NCBI GenBank assembly: GCA_032718475.1
Contig: JAUCBJ010008979.1
Span: 1-64,000 of the forward strand
Origin: Nemertoderma westbladi
Taxonomy: Eukaryota > Animalia > Xenacoelomorpha
Length of the DNA stretch: 64,000 bases
Reading direction: 5' to 3'
A model generated the notes under the pieces. It worked only from the letters and a program-made list of their open reading frames with translations, did not search any database and had not been told where the DNA came from. Positions 11,584 through 23,500 of this stretch are shown here, in pieces. The position numbers and the translations under genes were made by a program. Each line of letters begins with the position of its first letter. Position 1 is the first letter of the stretch.

Positions 11584-13151
11584 TAAATTTTACACCTGAC
11601 AGTCATTAAATGATGGTTAAAAGAAAATATCAAAATATTATAAGAATTTATATCAAAAATTATAATTAGTTATTGCAGTAATACTACACAATGCTGTAAA
11701 GCAAACTAGTACAGAACAGTGGAAAATAATGACTGTGATTCCGGAATTTTAAATTCCCCGCATCGATTTTGATGTCAACTAATCACATATTGTAGCTCAT
11801 GTGCTACAAATACATTTTGGCATATGGCTTGAGTCAAATCATGTATTTTTTTAATGTTTTCAAGTATTAACACTCTTAGATGATAGGACAAACATAAAAA
11901 AAATTTTGTTGTGGGAAAAAGTTTTTGTTTTGTCCTATATTGTGTAATTATCAATGCATGTAAAGGACTCTTTTATTAGGAATGGCTCCAAAGTTTCTAT
12001 AATCGTGTTCAACACCTCTCAATTGAATCGCTAGGTGGCGTGACATAAACATTTTATCTGAACATCTGTAGCAGCTATTCATCAAACATTAATTTTAGCA
12101 TATATCTTGCAATAGAGGGTTAAGCTGCTTGACTTGCCTTAGGACCAACATCGAAAGGGATGGCGAGGGGCGAGTGGTACGATGAAGGGTCGATGTATTA
12201 CCGACCAGACGGAGTTATATGCAGCATCACTGCTGCATTCTCTCACCGACCGAGAGACACCCAACGGACACCCCAGCGGAGCCGGTTAGCGTAGCACGAG
12301 TCTGAAAAAGATTTGGGCTATGCTGACACTAGGCAAAGCGAAGGATAGACCCGACCGCCTACCGACTGACTTATGATGGACACAGACTGACTGGCCAGAC
12401 GGGTTTCAAACTTAGTTCTGGGGGGTTAAAATCTAACTAAAGTGTTCTGACTGATTAAATAATTCGTACCTTAGGTTTATTAATATTGTTAAAAAACTCA
12501 TTTATTGTATATACATTATTCTATTTATATTGGCGTATTGGGGAGTCCGATATATTTGGAATCAGTATGATAAGTACAATGTGATATACGGTGTAAAAAG
12601 AACTAGAACAGTTAGAATAAATTGATGATTCAACCCCAACTTGTTCTTTTTTCCTTATCTCTTGCATTATCCAATCACTCCCTGATCCAATATCTGGTGA
12701 CTATTATTGTTGAGATCCACAAACCCTCTCAAACTTACATCGGAGTTAGAAATAATGGCAACATATTATAATGTATCTCATTCGACACTAAATGACGCAG
12801 GGGATGGTAATAATATCTCGGGTTATGAATGGGGGGGGGGGGGGGGGGGGTGGAATTATTAAATAATTTATTATAGTTTAAATTGAATTGACGTCATGCT
12901 GTGACATACTCGACATACCGTACATCATAAACGTATGGCGTAGGGCAATACTGGAATGTCACACATCGATATTAAATTGGGAAATATCATTATATCGCCC
13001 TGCCGCATTTAGTAGTGGGAAAATATTTCAACTCAAATAGTTCCACTCAATATTTTTCTTCTAGGAGTTACTTTATTTGTTTGAAAATGAAGTTTTGGTC
13101 TTGATTTGATGATTTTCCGGAATAACATTCATCCTTCAGTTTGAATAATAT

Positions 13152-15030
13152 CATCATCTTCTGTATCCAAGAATATCGGATTTGTCATGAAGACACTGCC
13201 ATGAAGTACAATGACATTGGAAATGGATGGATGCTATTAACAACCTCAGCAGTAAGAAACTCGGCAAATGCCTCAATTGGAGGAGTAGGAATTCTGCTAA
13301 ATCCATTTGCACTTAAGACCCTAAACAACATCGAATCTATAAATCAAGACTTACCTGGCAAACTGTGAATGAGGTATCTGGTCGAAAAAGTTGTGCAAAG
13401 GGGCGCCTCAAAGCCGATAGACCTGAAGAACGTGTTGGGAAGTGGAAAAATCACTTCAGCAACTTGCTTGGGCAGCCACCAAACATCGAGGTCAGCCCTA
13501 CAAGGAAAATATATGACAAGACACTACCTATAGAGACAGGGGACTTCATACCTGCCGAACTCCAAAGGAGCATTAAAAGCATGTCCAATAATAAAGCGAG
13601 TGGATTAGATGAAATTCCAGCGGAGGTATGGAAAACAGGAGTGCTAAACAGACCATTATTGAATGTTTGCAACTGGATGTTAAAAGGGGAAAAGCCTCCA
13701 CCAATTTGGACTAAAGGTCAACTAAAGCCTCTCCCCAAGAAAGGAGACCTCGGTATACCAACAAACTATCGTGGGATCTGTCTGCAAAATATACAATAAA
13801 ATGATTCTATATAGGATTAGGCCTCACATAGAGAAACTACTGCATAAGAGCCAAAACGGATTTCGACCAAGTAGATCAACAATAGCTCAGATACTTGCAC
13901 TACGGAGAGTGATTGAAGGAATTAAGTCAAAGAATCTCCCCACAGTCATGACTTTTGTGGACTTCAAGAAGGCATTCGACTCCATCCATAGAGGTAAAAT
14001 GCTTGAAATCCTAAGAGCTTATGGAATACCAGAAGTAATCATTGCTGCATTGGATTGTTATATTGTGACACAGAAGCACAGGTACTCTCACCAGATGGTG
14101 AAACTCTCGATTTCTCAATCCTGGCTGTGTACTGCAAGGTGACACATTAGCACCATTACTATTTGTAATTGTACTGGATTACGCAATGAGGATGGCCACA
14201 AAGATCTGGGATTCCCACTTCAAGAATGCAGAAGTAGTAGATATCCGGCGACTACAGTCACAGACACCGACTTTGCGGATGACATCAACCTGCTCTCTAA
14301 TATGCTAGCAGATGCACTACTTCTACTGAATAAACTGGAGAGGGCTGCTAAGGAGGTTGGGTTGCATATTAATGCTACCAAGAACGAATTCATGACTTTT
14401 AATGTTGATGGAAACTTGACAACCATTGATAATAATCAACTAAGGAAGGTTGACGACTTCCAGTACCTAGGATTATGGATAGAGAGTAGCAAAAAGGACA
14501 TAGAAGTTAGGAAAGCAAAGGCTTGGGTAGCTCTATCAAAAATGGATACCATCTGGAAATCAGATCTCCCCCAGGCACCTGAAGACTAAGTTCTTTCGTG
14601 CCACAGTGGAAAGTGTATTTTTATACGGGGGTGAGACCTAGACACTGACTAAATCACTTGAACAACGAATTGATGGTTGCTACACAAGACTACTAAGGGC
14701 AGCCCTAAACATCAGCTGGAGACAACACATGACAAATACCGAGCTTTATGGTACAATACCATCTGTATCAACCACCCTCTGTGAACGCAGATTAAGATTC
14801 AGTGGGCACTGCTGGCGAAGTAAAGACGAGGTCATACCAGATCTACTTTTCTGGCAACCAACTCATGGAAAGCGTAGTCGTGGACGACTGGCCATAACAT
14901 ATATAGATCAACTTGAAAGGGATACTGAACTTGGGAGAAACTAAATTGCGACCACTATGGAGAATCGGGAAGCCTGGAAGGATCTCATTTCCACTGTCCA
15001 AGTTCACTCGACTTAGTAGTAGTAGTAGTA
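13152..15030 (+). mobile_element. Duplicated partial copy of the RTE-group LINE, lacking its 5' ~500 bp
   Basis: Near-identical to 7203-9078, with the same deletions and frameshifts. It therefore arose by DNA duplication, not retrotransposition. Confidence 0.92.
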
Positions 15031-18000
15031 TATTTGCTACAATTATTTATTAATCTTTATTTATTCACCAGTTGTAGTTATATATAAAAGACAAAGAATA
15101 ATAAAGTCCACAATTGGATCGAAGGATCAAACTAATTAATCTGTGTGGAATTTGAGGAAACAATTGCAAGACATGTTTAGACACAAATGAACGCGACACT
15201 TCAAACATATCAAGGGGGTGAACTGAGAACATCCTGGAAGCTTGCAACGTCCACAGCTCTTCTTCTCTTCATCCAATACTGCCCAATGATCAACACAGAC
15301 TAACCGAACTTCTTTTGGAGGCAGACAAAGAACTGGTCCCCTCTTCTTTCTTTTGAGAACAGGTTCAAGTGAGCTTCCACTAGGGTGACCTCTCTTCATT
15401 ACAGTTGATTTGCTGGCGGAACATAAGGCTAACCCAATGTTAACCTTAAAATCCATTAGGTTGTCATACTCAGGGTCGACACCTAATTGTTTGGATATCC
15501 GCCTATGTAACAACCATCCGTTCATAATTACAAGGTTAACAATGCGAAAAAAATCCGCAAGTAATACTTGCGTACCACCCATGTGTCGATTGTAAACTTT
15601 GATTACTGCGGGACAATCTATGTCTATTTTACTCTTTAGGACTTTACTGTAACGTTTCACAGTTCCAATGGGTTGGCTTCCAACGAAGATGGACAAAAGA
15701 TAGACTAACTTGTTGTCATGCCACTTGACACAACTAAGTTCTTGCCCATCAACGGTACAAACCCGTTCATCATAAGATCCTCTCTTCTTCATCTCATTGT
15801 CCTCTCTCATCATGCAGCCCCTCAGCCTGTTAGATCGCGCTGTACCCAATGCTAGTATTCCGAGCTACTCAGTGAAACTTGTAAATCGATAGAAGTGAAA
15901 TAAATTATAAAAGTATACTCAATGATTCATGTGACATGGAACGGAACTGCATAATTGAATTACAATATGGGAGCCCCTATGTTTGGCTCATCAGGAGCCA
16001 TAGTAACTGGAGCTGGCCCATATGATTGGCTCATCAGGAGCCATAGTAACTGGAGCTGGCCCATATGTTTGGCTCATCAGGAGCCATAGTAACTGGAGCT
16101 GGCCCATATATTTGGCTCATCAGGAGCCATATTAACTGGAGCTGGCCCCTATGTTTGGCTCATCAGGAGCCGTTGTAACTGGAGCTGTCACCTATGTTTG
16201 GCTCATCAGGAGCCATCATAACTTGTCGTGTACTCAACTCAAATACATAGGCCATTCTGGAACTCCCACAAAGAACATACATTACATATCCCCATTTATG
16301 TGGTTTCTTCGGATTGTACTTCTTCAAAGTACTTCGGCCCTTGAATGGTATTACTTGTTCGTCAAAGGATAATTCATATTCATTAGGAAGCACAGGAAAC
16401 GTTTTCTGAACTGATTCTAGAATTGGGTGGAACTTGAAAAGTTGGTCTATGTTATCTTTGTCAATTTGTGAGTTATCGTTAAAGTGAAGGTTGTGCTTAA
16501 TATCCTCCCATCGATTAACATTCAGTATATCAGCAATTAGCGAAATGCGAAGATTCTTAAACCAGTAGTCTCTCGTACTTGGCAAACGGATAATTGACAT
16601 CATTATCGTTGTTCCAATGAATTGTTCAGTTTCCGCTTCTGTGAGACTCAAAGGTATATTTGCATTTTTCTGAACGGAATACAAGTTTGATTGATTGGTA
16701 ATGAGTTCAATTAATTCTTTAGGGAATAACTTGAAAAATATTTGAAGATGAGTTTTTAGGTCCAGATATTCCTCACCCAGTTCAGAATTCCCAATAAATT
16801 CCAATTGACTCGAGACTTTTATTAGGTTTCCTTCTTTCCAGGCTAAACCTCCCCCTGTTCCACTCGTGGACTGATTAACCTGTTCCTTGTGTTTAGTAGT
16901 CGACGCGGTGTTTTTAGAAGATTTCGATTTAGTTTTTTGCCCAACAGTCTTGGATTTAGGAATATTCTTAGCCAGAGCAGTCTCAGATTTAGGATTGGCC
17001 TTGTCATTGACAATCCGTCTTCTCAGTGGAACGTGAATCGTGCAATAGAACAGGATGAGAATCTAACAAAGTCTTACGTACACATTTCGGGTATGATTTT
17101 CTGGACGTCTCATTTGTGGAACAAATAATAAGGGTTGTATTAGAAGGGACCGATTCTACCTCAACCTCTACAGCAACATCTTCAAACAATGGAGGTAGCT
17201 CTTCATCAATCGCATTATCATCTAAATTATTTAAATTATCATCTTTCTCTTTGCGGGATGTCGATTGAAGATGTTTCCTGTATGTCATTTTCGTTGATAG
17301 TACCTAATTTGTCAGCCAAACCCGATGATGTAGTCGGCAAAAAATAAAATCACCATCAAATTCGTGATCTCCAGTTACCAAATCTGATTCACCGCTACTT
17401 GAACCTTGATATTCGGATTCATTGCATTCCCGCCACTGGGTAATTCACTATCACTTGAATCATACGATAAATTTATAATATAGATTGGGTCATTATTACG
17501 GGTCTTCCTTTTATAAAATGCACTAAAATGGTTGAATCTCCATTAAATTTTACACCTGACAGTCATTAAATGATGGTTAAAAGAAAATATCAAAATATTA
17601 TAAGAATTTATATCAAAAATGATAATTAGTTATTGCAGTAATAGTACACAATGCTGTAAAGCAAACTAGTACAGAACAGTGGAAAATAATGACTGTGATT
17701 CCGGAATTTTAATTTCCCCGCATAGATTTTTATGTCAACTAATCACATATTGTAGCTCATGTGCTACAAATACATTTTGGCATATTGCTTGAGTCAAATC
17801 AAGTATTTTTTTAATGTTTTCAAGTATTAACACTCTTAGATGATAGGACAAACATAAAAAAATTTTGTTGTGGGAAAAAGTTTTTGTTTTGTCCTAATAT
17901 TGTGTAATTATCAATGCATGTAAAGGACTCATTTATTAGGAATGGCTCCAAAGTTTCTATAATCGTGTTCAACACCTCTCAATTGAATCGCTAGGTGGCG

Positions 18001-18079
18001 TGACATAAAAATTTTATCTGAACATCTGTAGCAGATATTCATCAAACATTAATTTTAGCATATATCTTGCAATAGAGGG
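15031..18079 (-). mobile_element. Duplicated partial piggyBac with one TIR only; transposase pseudogene at 15136-17543
   Basis: Same ORF fragments as copy 1. TIR ...GCAATAGAGGG plus TTAA at 18080-18083. The other TIR lies outside the duplicated unit. Confidence 0.9.
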
Positions 18080-18835
18080 TTAAGCTGCTTGACTTGCCTT
18101 AGGACCAACCCCGAAAGGGATTGTGAGGGGAGAGTGGTACGATGAAGGGTCGATGTATTACCGACCAGACGGAGTTATATGCAGCAACAGGATAGGATAC
18201 AGCAAGGGATAGACCCGACGGACTACCGACGGACCTTTGGCGGCCTACCGACTGACTTATGACGGACACAGACTGACTGGCCAGACGGGTTTCAAACTTA
18301 GTTCTGGGGGGTTAAAATCGAACTAAAGTATTCTGACAGATTAAATAATTCGTACCTTAGGCTTATTAATATTGTTAAAAAACCCATTTATTGTATATAC
18401 ATTATTCTATTTATATTGGCGAATTGGGGAGTCCCATATATTTGGAATCAGTGTGATAAGTACAATGTGATATATGGTGTAAAAAGAACTAGATCAGTTA
18501 GAATAAATTTATGATTTAACCCCAACTTGTTCTTTTTTCCTTATCTCTTGCATTATCCAACCACTCCCTGATCCAATACCCGGTGACTAGTATTGTTGAG
18601 ATCCACAAACCCTCTCGAACTTACATCGGAGTTAGAAATAATGTATTACATATTATATTACATATTATATTACATATTATAATGGATCTCATTCGACACT
18701 AAATGACGCAGTGGATGGTAATAATATCTCGGGTTATGAATGGGGGGGGGGGGGGGGGGGGTGGAATTATTAAATAATTTATTATAGTTTGAATTGAATT
18801 GACGTCATGCTGTACATCAAAAACGTATGGCGTAG

Positions 18836-19189
18836 TGTCACAACTGTATTATAATTTATGCACCACCTAGCGGCCAGTATCGGAATAACAATTAAAATAC
18901 ATTATCTTTCATTTACTGGTAGATGGCTCATTCAATTACATGTATAAAAGTAGCCAGAAGTCCTTATAACAGTTGGTACCGGAAGAGAATATTACGATTA
19001 TTATTAATTATCTTTAGAACACATAACTAACTTCAATTATAAAATACTGATAACGGATTACTAATGATACTGAAAACCTTTTTAATTTTATATATTATCT
19101 ATATTATAATACGACGCTCCCTCACCCAGACTCTATCCGTACCCGCCGCACCCGCAGTCACTTCAGCTGTCTCCTGGAGTGGTCTGACA
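18836..19189 (+). repeat. 5' LTR of the Gypsy element
   Basis: TGTCACAAC...GGTCTGACA, with a TATAAAA box inside. Confidence 0.97.
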
Positions 19190-19207
19190 TGGAGGTCCCA
19201 CCGAGAT
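19190..19207 (+). promoter_or_regulatory. Primer-binding site complementary to the 3' end of tRNA-Gln
   Basis: TGGAGGTCCCACCGAGAT directly follows the LTR. It is the reverse complement of the metazoan tRNA-Gln 3' end ...ATCTCGGTGGGACCT-CCA (tRNA sequence recalled, not searched). Confidence 0.85.
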
Positions 19208-19372
19208 GAACTCATAGATCGACACCGAGATAAACTCATAGATCGACACCGAGATGAACTCATAGATCGACACCGAGATCGAGAGAAAATCAATCTGATA
19301 ACGACACTGGCCACACAACCAGTTGATCCGACTGAGAACAAGCTACAGTATACGATAAAATACTTTCTCACA

Positions 19373-20524
19373 ATGGCTTACGGAGGATTAGAAGAAGATC
19401 TGTTACTAGGAGACACAGATACCCCAACTGTATCGTTTAGAGAACAACCTATTTCTGGTGAGCGTCTAGGTCGTAGACTATTTTCTGATCCAGGTACAGT
19501 ACATGCGAATTCTATAGTAAATAGAATTAATGATAACAATAATACTCACATATTTGTAAAACCAAGTAAATATAGTGGTGATAAAACTCTCCCAGGGGAT
19601 ACTGATGTACCACCCGTGGACGTATGGTTAGGAAGTTTTGAGCGGGCCGCAATAGCAAACAATTGGTCGTTAGGTAAATGTACAACAGTTTTACCAGGAT
19701 ATTTAGAGGGAAAAGCGGGCAGATGGTACGACCAAAATATCGGGCGTTTGGAGTTACTTCCCTTCCAGGAACTTAAACAACAATTGTTGTTACGTTTTAG
19801 CCATGGTGAGAGTCAAACTTATTATTATACTATTTTTTCAGCTATGAAACAGGAAACGGATGAGAGTGTAGACGATTTTTATGAAAGACTTATGCAAGTG
19901 GCAAAGCGTGCATTAAGTACTAGTAATAGTAGAGATATGCGAATTCGCGTGAGGGATAGATTTTTACATGGTTTACAGAAGGTAATTTTATCTAGAGTGA
20001 GTGAGAAAGTCAAAGCAACGGATGACTTAGATTCTGTGGTTGCTATAGCGCGGCACATAGAGCAAAGTGTGAGGCTTGAAAACCCAAACTTGTCCTTGCC
20101 ACTGACTCGAGCAGATTTGGACCAGGTATTCAATCCCAATACAGTAGTAAGCAGTTATAGAGAAACTAATAGAGATCAAGCTAATAAGGATAGTAATTCC
20201 CAGTCTTTAACTCACCGACTTGCAAATTTAGAAACGGCTGTTGACAAACTTGTAACTGCACTAGACCGGCAAACAGTAGGTCCCTTAGCACAAAATAATA
20301 AGGCAACTATCGTTTGTGACATTTGTTTTAAAGCTGGCCATAAAACTATCGATTGCTTTCGGCATCCAAACCGGCAAAATCAACATTTATCTTATTATCC
20401 ACCACCGCCAAGATTTAACCGTTTTAATGGCCACAGTAGTAATCCAAGTGGGGTAAACAGGGGACAAAGTAATTTTCAACAGAGTAGAACTTGGCGACAA
20501 CAAAATTACAACGGCCATCCGTAG
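19373..20524 (+). CDS. gag: Gypsy Gag (capsid plus CCHC zinc knuckle)
   Basis: First ATG after the PBS repeats, in a good context (ACAATGG). Retrotransposon-gag motifs WLGSFE, YLEGKAGRWY and KQETDESVDDF. Knuckle CDICFKAGHKTIDC. The ORF-track start at 19064 lies inside the LTR. Confidence 0.9.
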   Translation: MAYGGLEEDLLLGDTDTPTVSFREQPISGERLGRRLFSDPGTVHANSIVNRINDNNNTHIFVKPSKYSGDKTLPGDTDVPPVDVWLGSFERAAIANNWSLGKCTTVLPGYLEGKAGRWYDQNIGRLELLPFQELKQQLLLRFSHGESQTYYYTIFSAMKQETDESVDDFYERLMQVAKRALSTSNSRDMRIRVRDRFLHGLQKVILSRVSEKVKATDDLDSVVAIARHIEQSVRLENPNLSLPLTRADLDQVFNPNTVVSSYRETNRDQANKDSNSQSLTHRLANLETAVDKLVTALDRQTVGPLAQNNKATIVCDICFKAGHKTIDCFRHPNRQNQHLSYYPPPPRFNRFNGHSSNPSGVNRGQSNFQQSRTWRQQNYNGHP

Positions 20525-23500
20525 CAACACCAGCTTTATAATAGTTATTCTCCTGTTGATTCACGCAATGAGTATTATCAATCTGAATCTAGACCTTATT
20601 ATAACAGAAATACCGATAGAAATATATCACACCAAAATAATGGTAATAATAGGAATTATACAGTACACCCCAGTGATAATACAATAAGAAACACAGCTCC
20701 AATACATAATCAAAATACATCACCAGTTGGTAATCCTACATTTTTCCCAAGCAACAGGCATCCCCCACCGTCATCTTTCAATAATAAGACTGTAATAGTG
20801 AATTTTACTGAAACACCCCCTCATGATATGTTCCTTGACGTAATTTTAGAGGGCCGTTATATTGAGTCAGGTGTCGTAGATACAGGCGCCCAAACTACTA
20901 TGATTAGCGAACGATTGCTAAATAAAGTACAACCGGGTACAGTAATTGAACAAATTGGAATATATCTACGGGATTTTGCGGGAACGACCATCCCTATTTT
21001 AGGTGCCGTTTGGTTAAACATTGAAGCGGGAGGGCGTACAGCGTTGGTTCGTGCTTTAGTTGCCAAAGAGTTAGAGTGTAATTCTGGAATTATTTTGGGC
21101 TTGAGAACATTAGGTGCATTACGTGTACATATTAACTGCAGTGAGAGAAAAGTATTTCAGGAAGCAGTAAGTCAATTAGAAGAGACAGAACCTATTATTG
21201 CCCAGGAAATTAATTCACCACCTTTACTTAGTAATACAAACCCCTTTTCACCCAATTATGTTAATTCTCCATCAACAAACGCTAAAGTAGTTGCACAAGA
21301 AAATAGTGAGCCTAATACAAGCACGAGCAGTGAACATAAAAATAATACTACCAAGCATTTACACGTCTTCCGTGTTGTCGCCGATCGAAATATTTTAATT
21401 CCACCAAACCACGAAGCTATAGTACATGGTCGACCAGTTGGTGTGGCATTAGGATGTAGGCCTAAGTCTAAGTCTAATGTAGTGGTAGGCTTATTTGAAC
21501 CGAATGCAACTGGCTTAGGTAAGAATGGCTTAATAGGAGCTCGTACACTAAATACAGTAGACCAGGGTCTTATTTTGTGTCGCATTATGAATCCCAATAA
21601 TAAGCGAATAATTCTTCAAAAGAATAGTCGAATAGGTGATCTTGAGCCACATACTGAAATAATAAATACTGCTACACCGAATGTAAATAAATTAGACTCA
21701 CCAACTGACCCTGATGCGGACATAATATCTAAATTCCCTACTTTAGAAGACGACACACACACTAGAGCTTTACATGACGTCCTACTTAAGCACTACAATG
21801 TAATATCTAATAACGATTACGATGTAGGATATTGTGACTTAATTTCGCATGAAATTGATGCTGATGGGCCTCCCATTCGTCAGAGACCGTACCGTATACC
21901 ATACAAACACCGTGATTTCGTTGATGAAACCATTAAGACGATGATTAAAGAAAACGTGATTGAAGAAAGCTCTAGCCCATGGGCAAGTCCAGTAGTAATT
22001 GCACAAAAACCCGATGGAGGATTGCGATTTTGTGTTGACTACAGACGGCTAAACGCTCAAACTCGTATTCCTTTACACCCTTTGCCTAGAATAGATGAAG
22101 TGATTGATCAATTAGGTGGTAATGCATATTTTACCACTCTTGACTTAACGTGCGGTTATTGGCATGTTCCAATAGCTGACAAAGATCGTGATAAAACTAG
22201 TTTCATCACAAACAGCGGCCAATGGAATTTCCGTCGCATGCCTTTTGGTTTGGCAGGAGCACCCAGTACATTTCAACGACTAATGTCAAAAGTTATAGGT
22301 AGATTAAGTAATAAAATTTGCCTCGTTTACTTAGATGACGTCATTATTTATTCGGAAACATTTGAACAACATTTACATGACATTGATAGTGTACTAGAGT
22401 GTATCGAAGCTGCAGGTTTAAAGCTAAAGCTACGAAAATGTACGTTTGCTGCAGAAAAGGTTACATATTTAGGTCATGAAATAACTGCGCAGGGAATAAA
22501 ACCAGCTGTTAGGAATCTGCGAGCAGTAAGTGAGTTTCCACGGCCAACCGCAATAACTCAGGTTCGTCAATTTTTAGGACTTGCTTCATTTTACCGTAAG
22601 TTCATAAAGGATTTTGCGAAAATAGCTTCGCCGTTAGCACAGCTGTTACAGAAAAATGTAGTATTCAGTTGGACAGCTGATAAGGAACAAGCATTTCAGA
22701 CATTAAAAACGAAATTAACGAATCCACCTGTACTTGGTTTTCCTATTCTACCATCTACTGACTCAGAACCTTACTGTATTTCGACTTATCGGTTGATGAC
22801 AGACGCCTCTATAGTTGGCTTAGGCGCCGTTCTAGAACAATTTCAAGGTGGTAAATATGTAATTATAGGCTACGCAAGTAGATCTGTAAAACCAGCCGAG
22901 AAGAATTACAATATTACTGAATTGGAGGGTCTTGGAGTTGTCTGGGGTGTACATTACTTCAGACACTACTTGATTGGTACGAAATTCAAAATTATCACTG
23001 ATCATTCTGCTTTGAAGCACATATTAGCAGTAAAAGAACCAACCGGACGGATAGCGCGATGGTGCTTAGCCTTGCAGCAGTACGATTTTGAAGTTGAACA
23101 CCGGCCTGGAAAGCATCATTTTGCCCCCGATGCTTTGAGCAGAAATCCAGTATCAGCTTTTCAACCAGATACCGACATCGATAACATACAAGTAGGTCCG
23201 GATATAAATATAAATAACAGGGAAATTATAAAACCTGACTCTAACCCCATTACTGTAAATGTTATACGTGCTGGGCATGAAACTGAAAGGCGACCAAAGG
23301 AAAACAATAATTGTAAGAGTGCATGGCTATTAGCCATCGCAACCGATCCCACATTGGAAGCAATCCAGCGCATGAAACTCAACGAGCAAGGTCCAGCATT
23401 GTCTGATATTAATTTCGTAGCTTTGAAGCGCTTAGCTACTTTAGTCTCTATTGACCAGTTAGGATTTATGTACTATATTGGGCGTCGAGGTGAGGAAAAT

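Larger units (their letters stand above)
6470..12119 (-). mobile_element. piggyBac DNA transposon (PGBD3-like), defective, carrying a nested LINE
   Basis: TTAA at 6466-6469 and 12120-12123. TIRs CCCTCTACTGCATGAT and (reverse complement) CCCTCTATTGCAAGAT. Transposase fragments lie inside. Confidence 0.9.
7203..13150. repeat. Copy 1 of a ~5.95-kb tandem segmental duplication; copy 2 is 13152-26597 including the Gypsy insert
   Basis: A constant offset of 5952 holds across the LINE and transposase ORFs (7413/13365, 9184/15136, 10211/16163). Both copies end at ...CTTCAGTTTGAATAATA (13150 and 26597). Confidence 0.95.

Noticed and set aside
12831-12850. Poly-G tracts (also near 18742, 61141, 63213 and 63765) as functional G-quadruplexes
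   Set aside because: They are simple homopolymers of uncertain length with no supporting context.
18430-18600. Minus-strand GSGSGWIMQEI...SKYMGLP resembling a Polinton-associated GSGW motif (also near 12540-12700)
   Set aside because: Short, interrupted by stops and not in one frame, so it is too weak to call.
19064-19372. N-terminal hydrophobic extension of Gag from ATG 19064
   Set aside because: The start lies inside the LTR and reads through the PBS and its repeats. ATG 19373 is the more plausible start.
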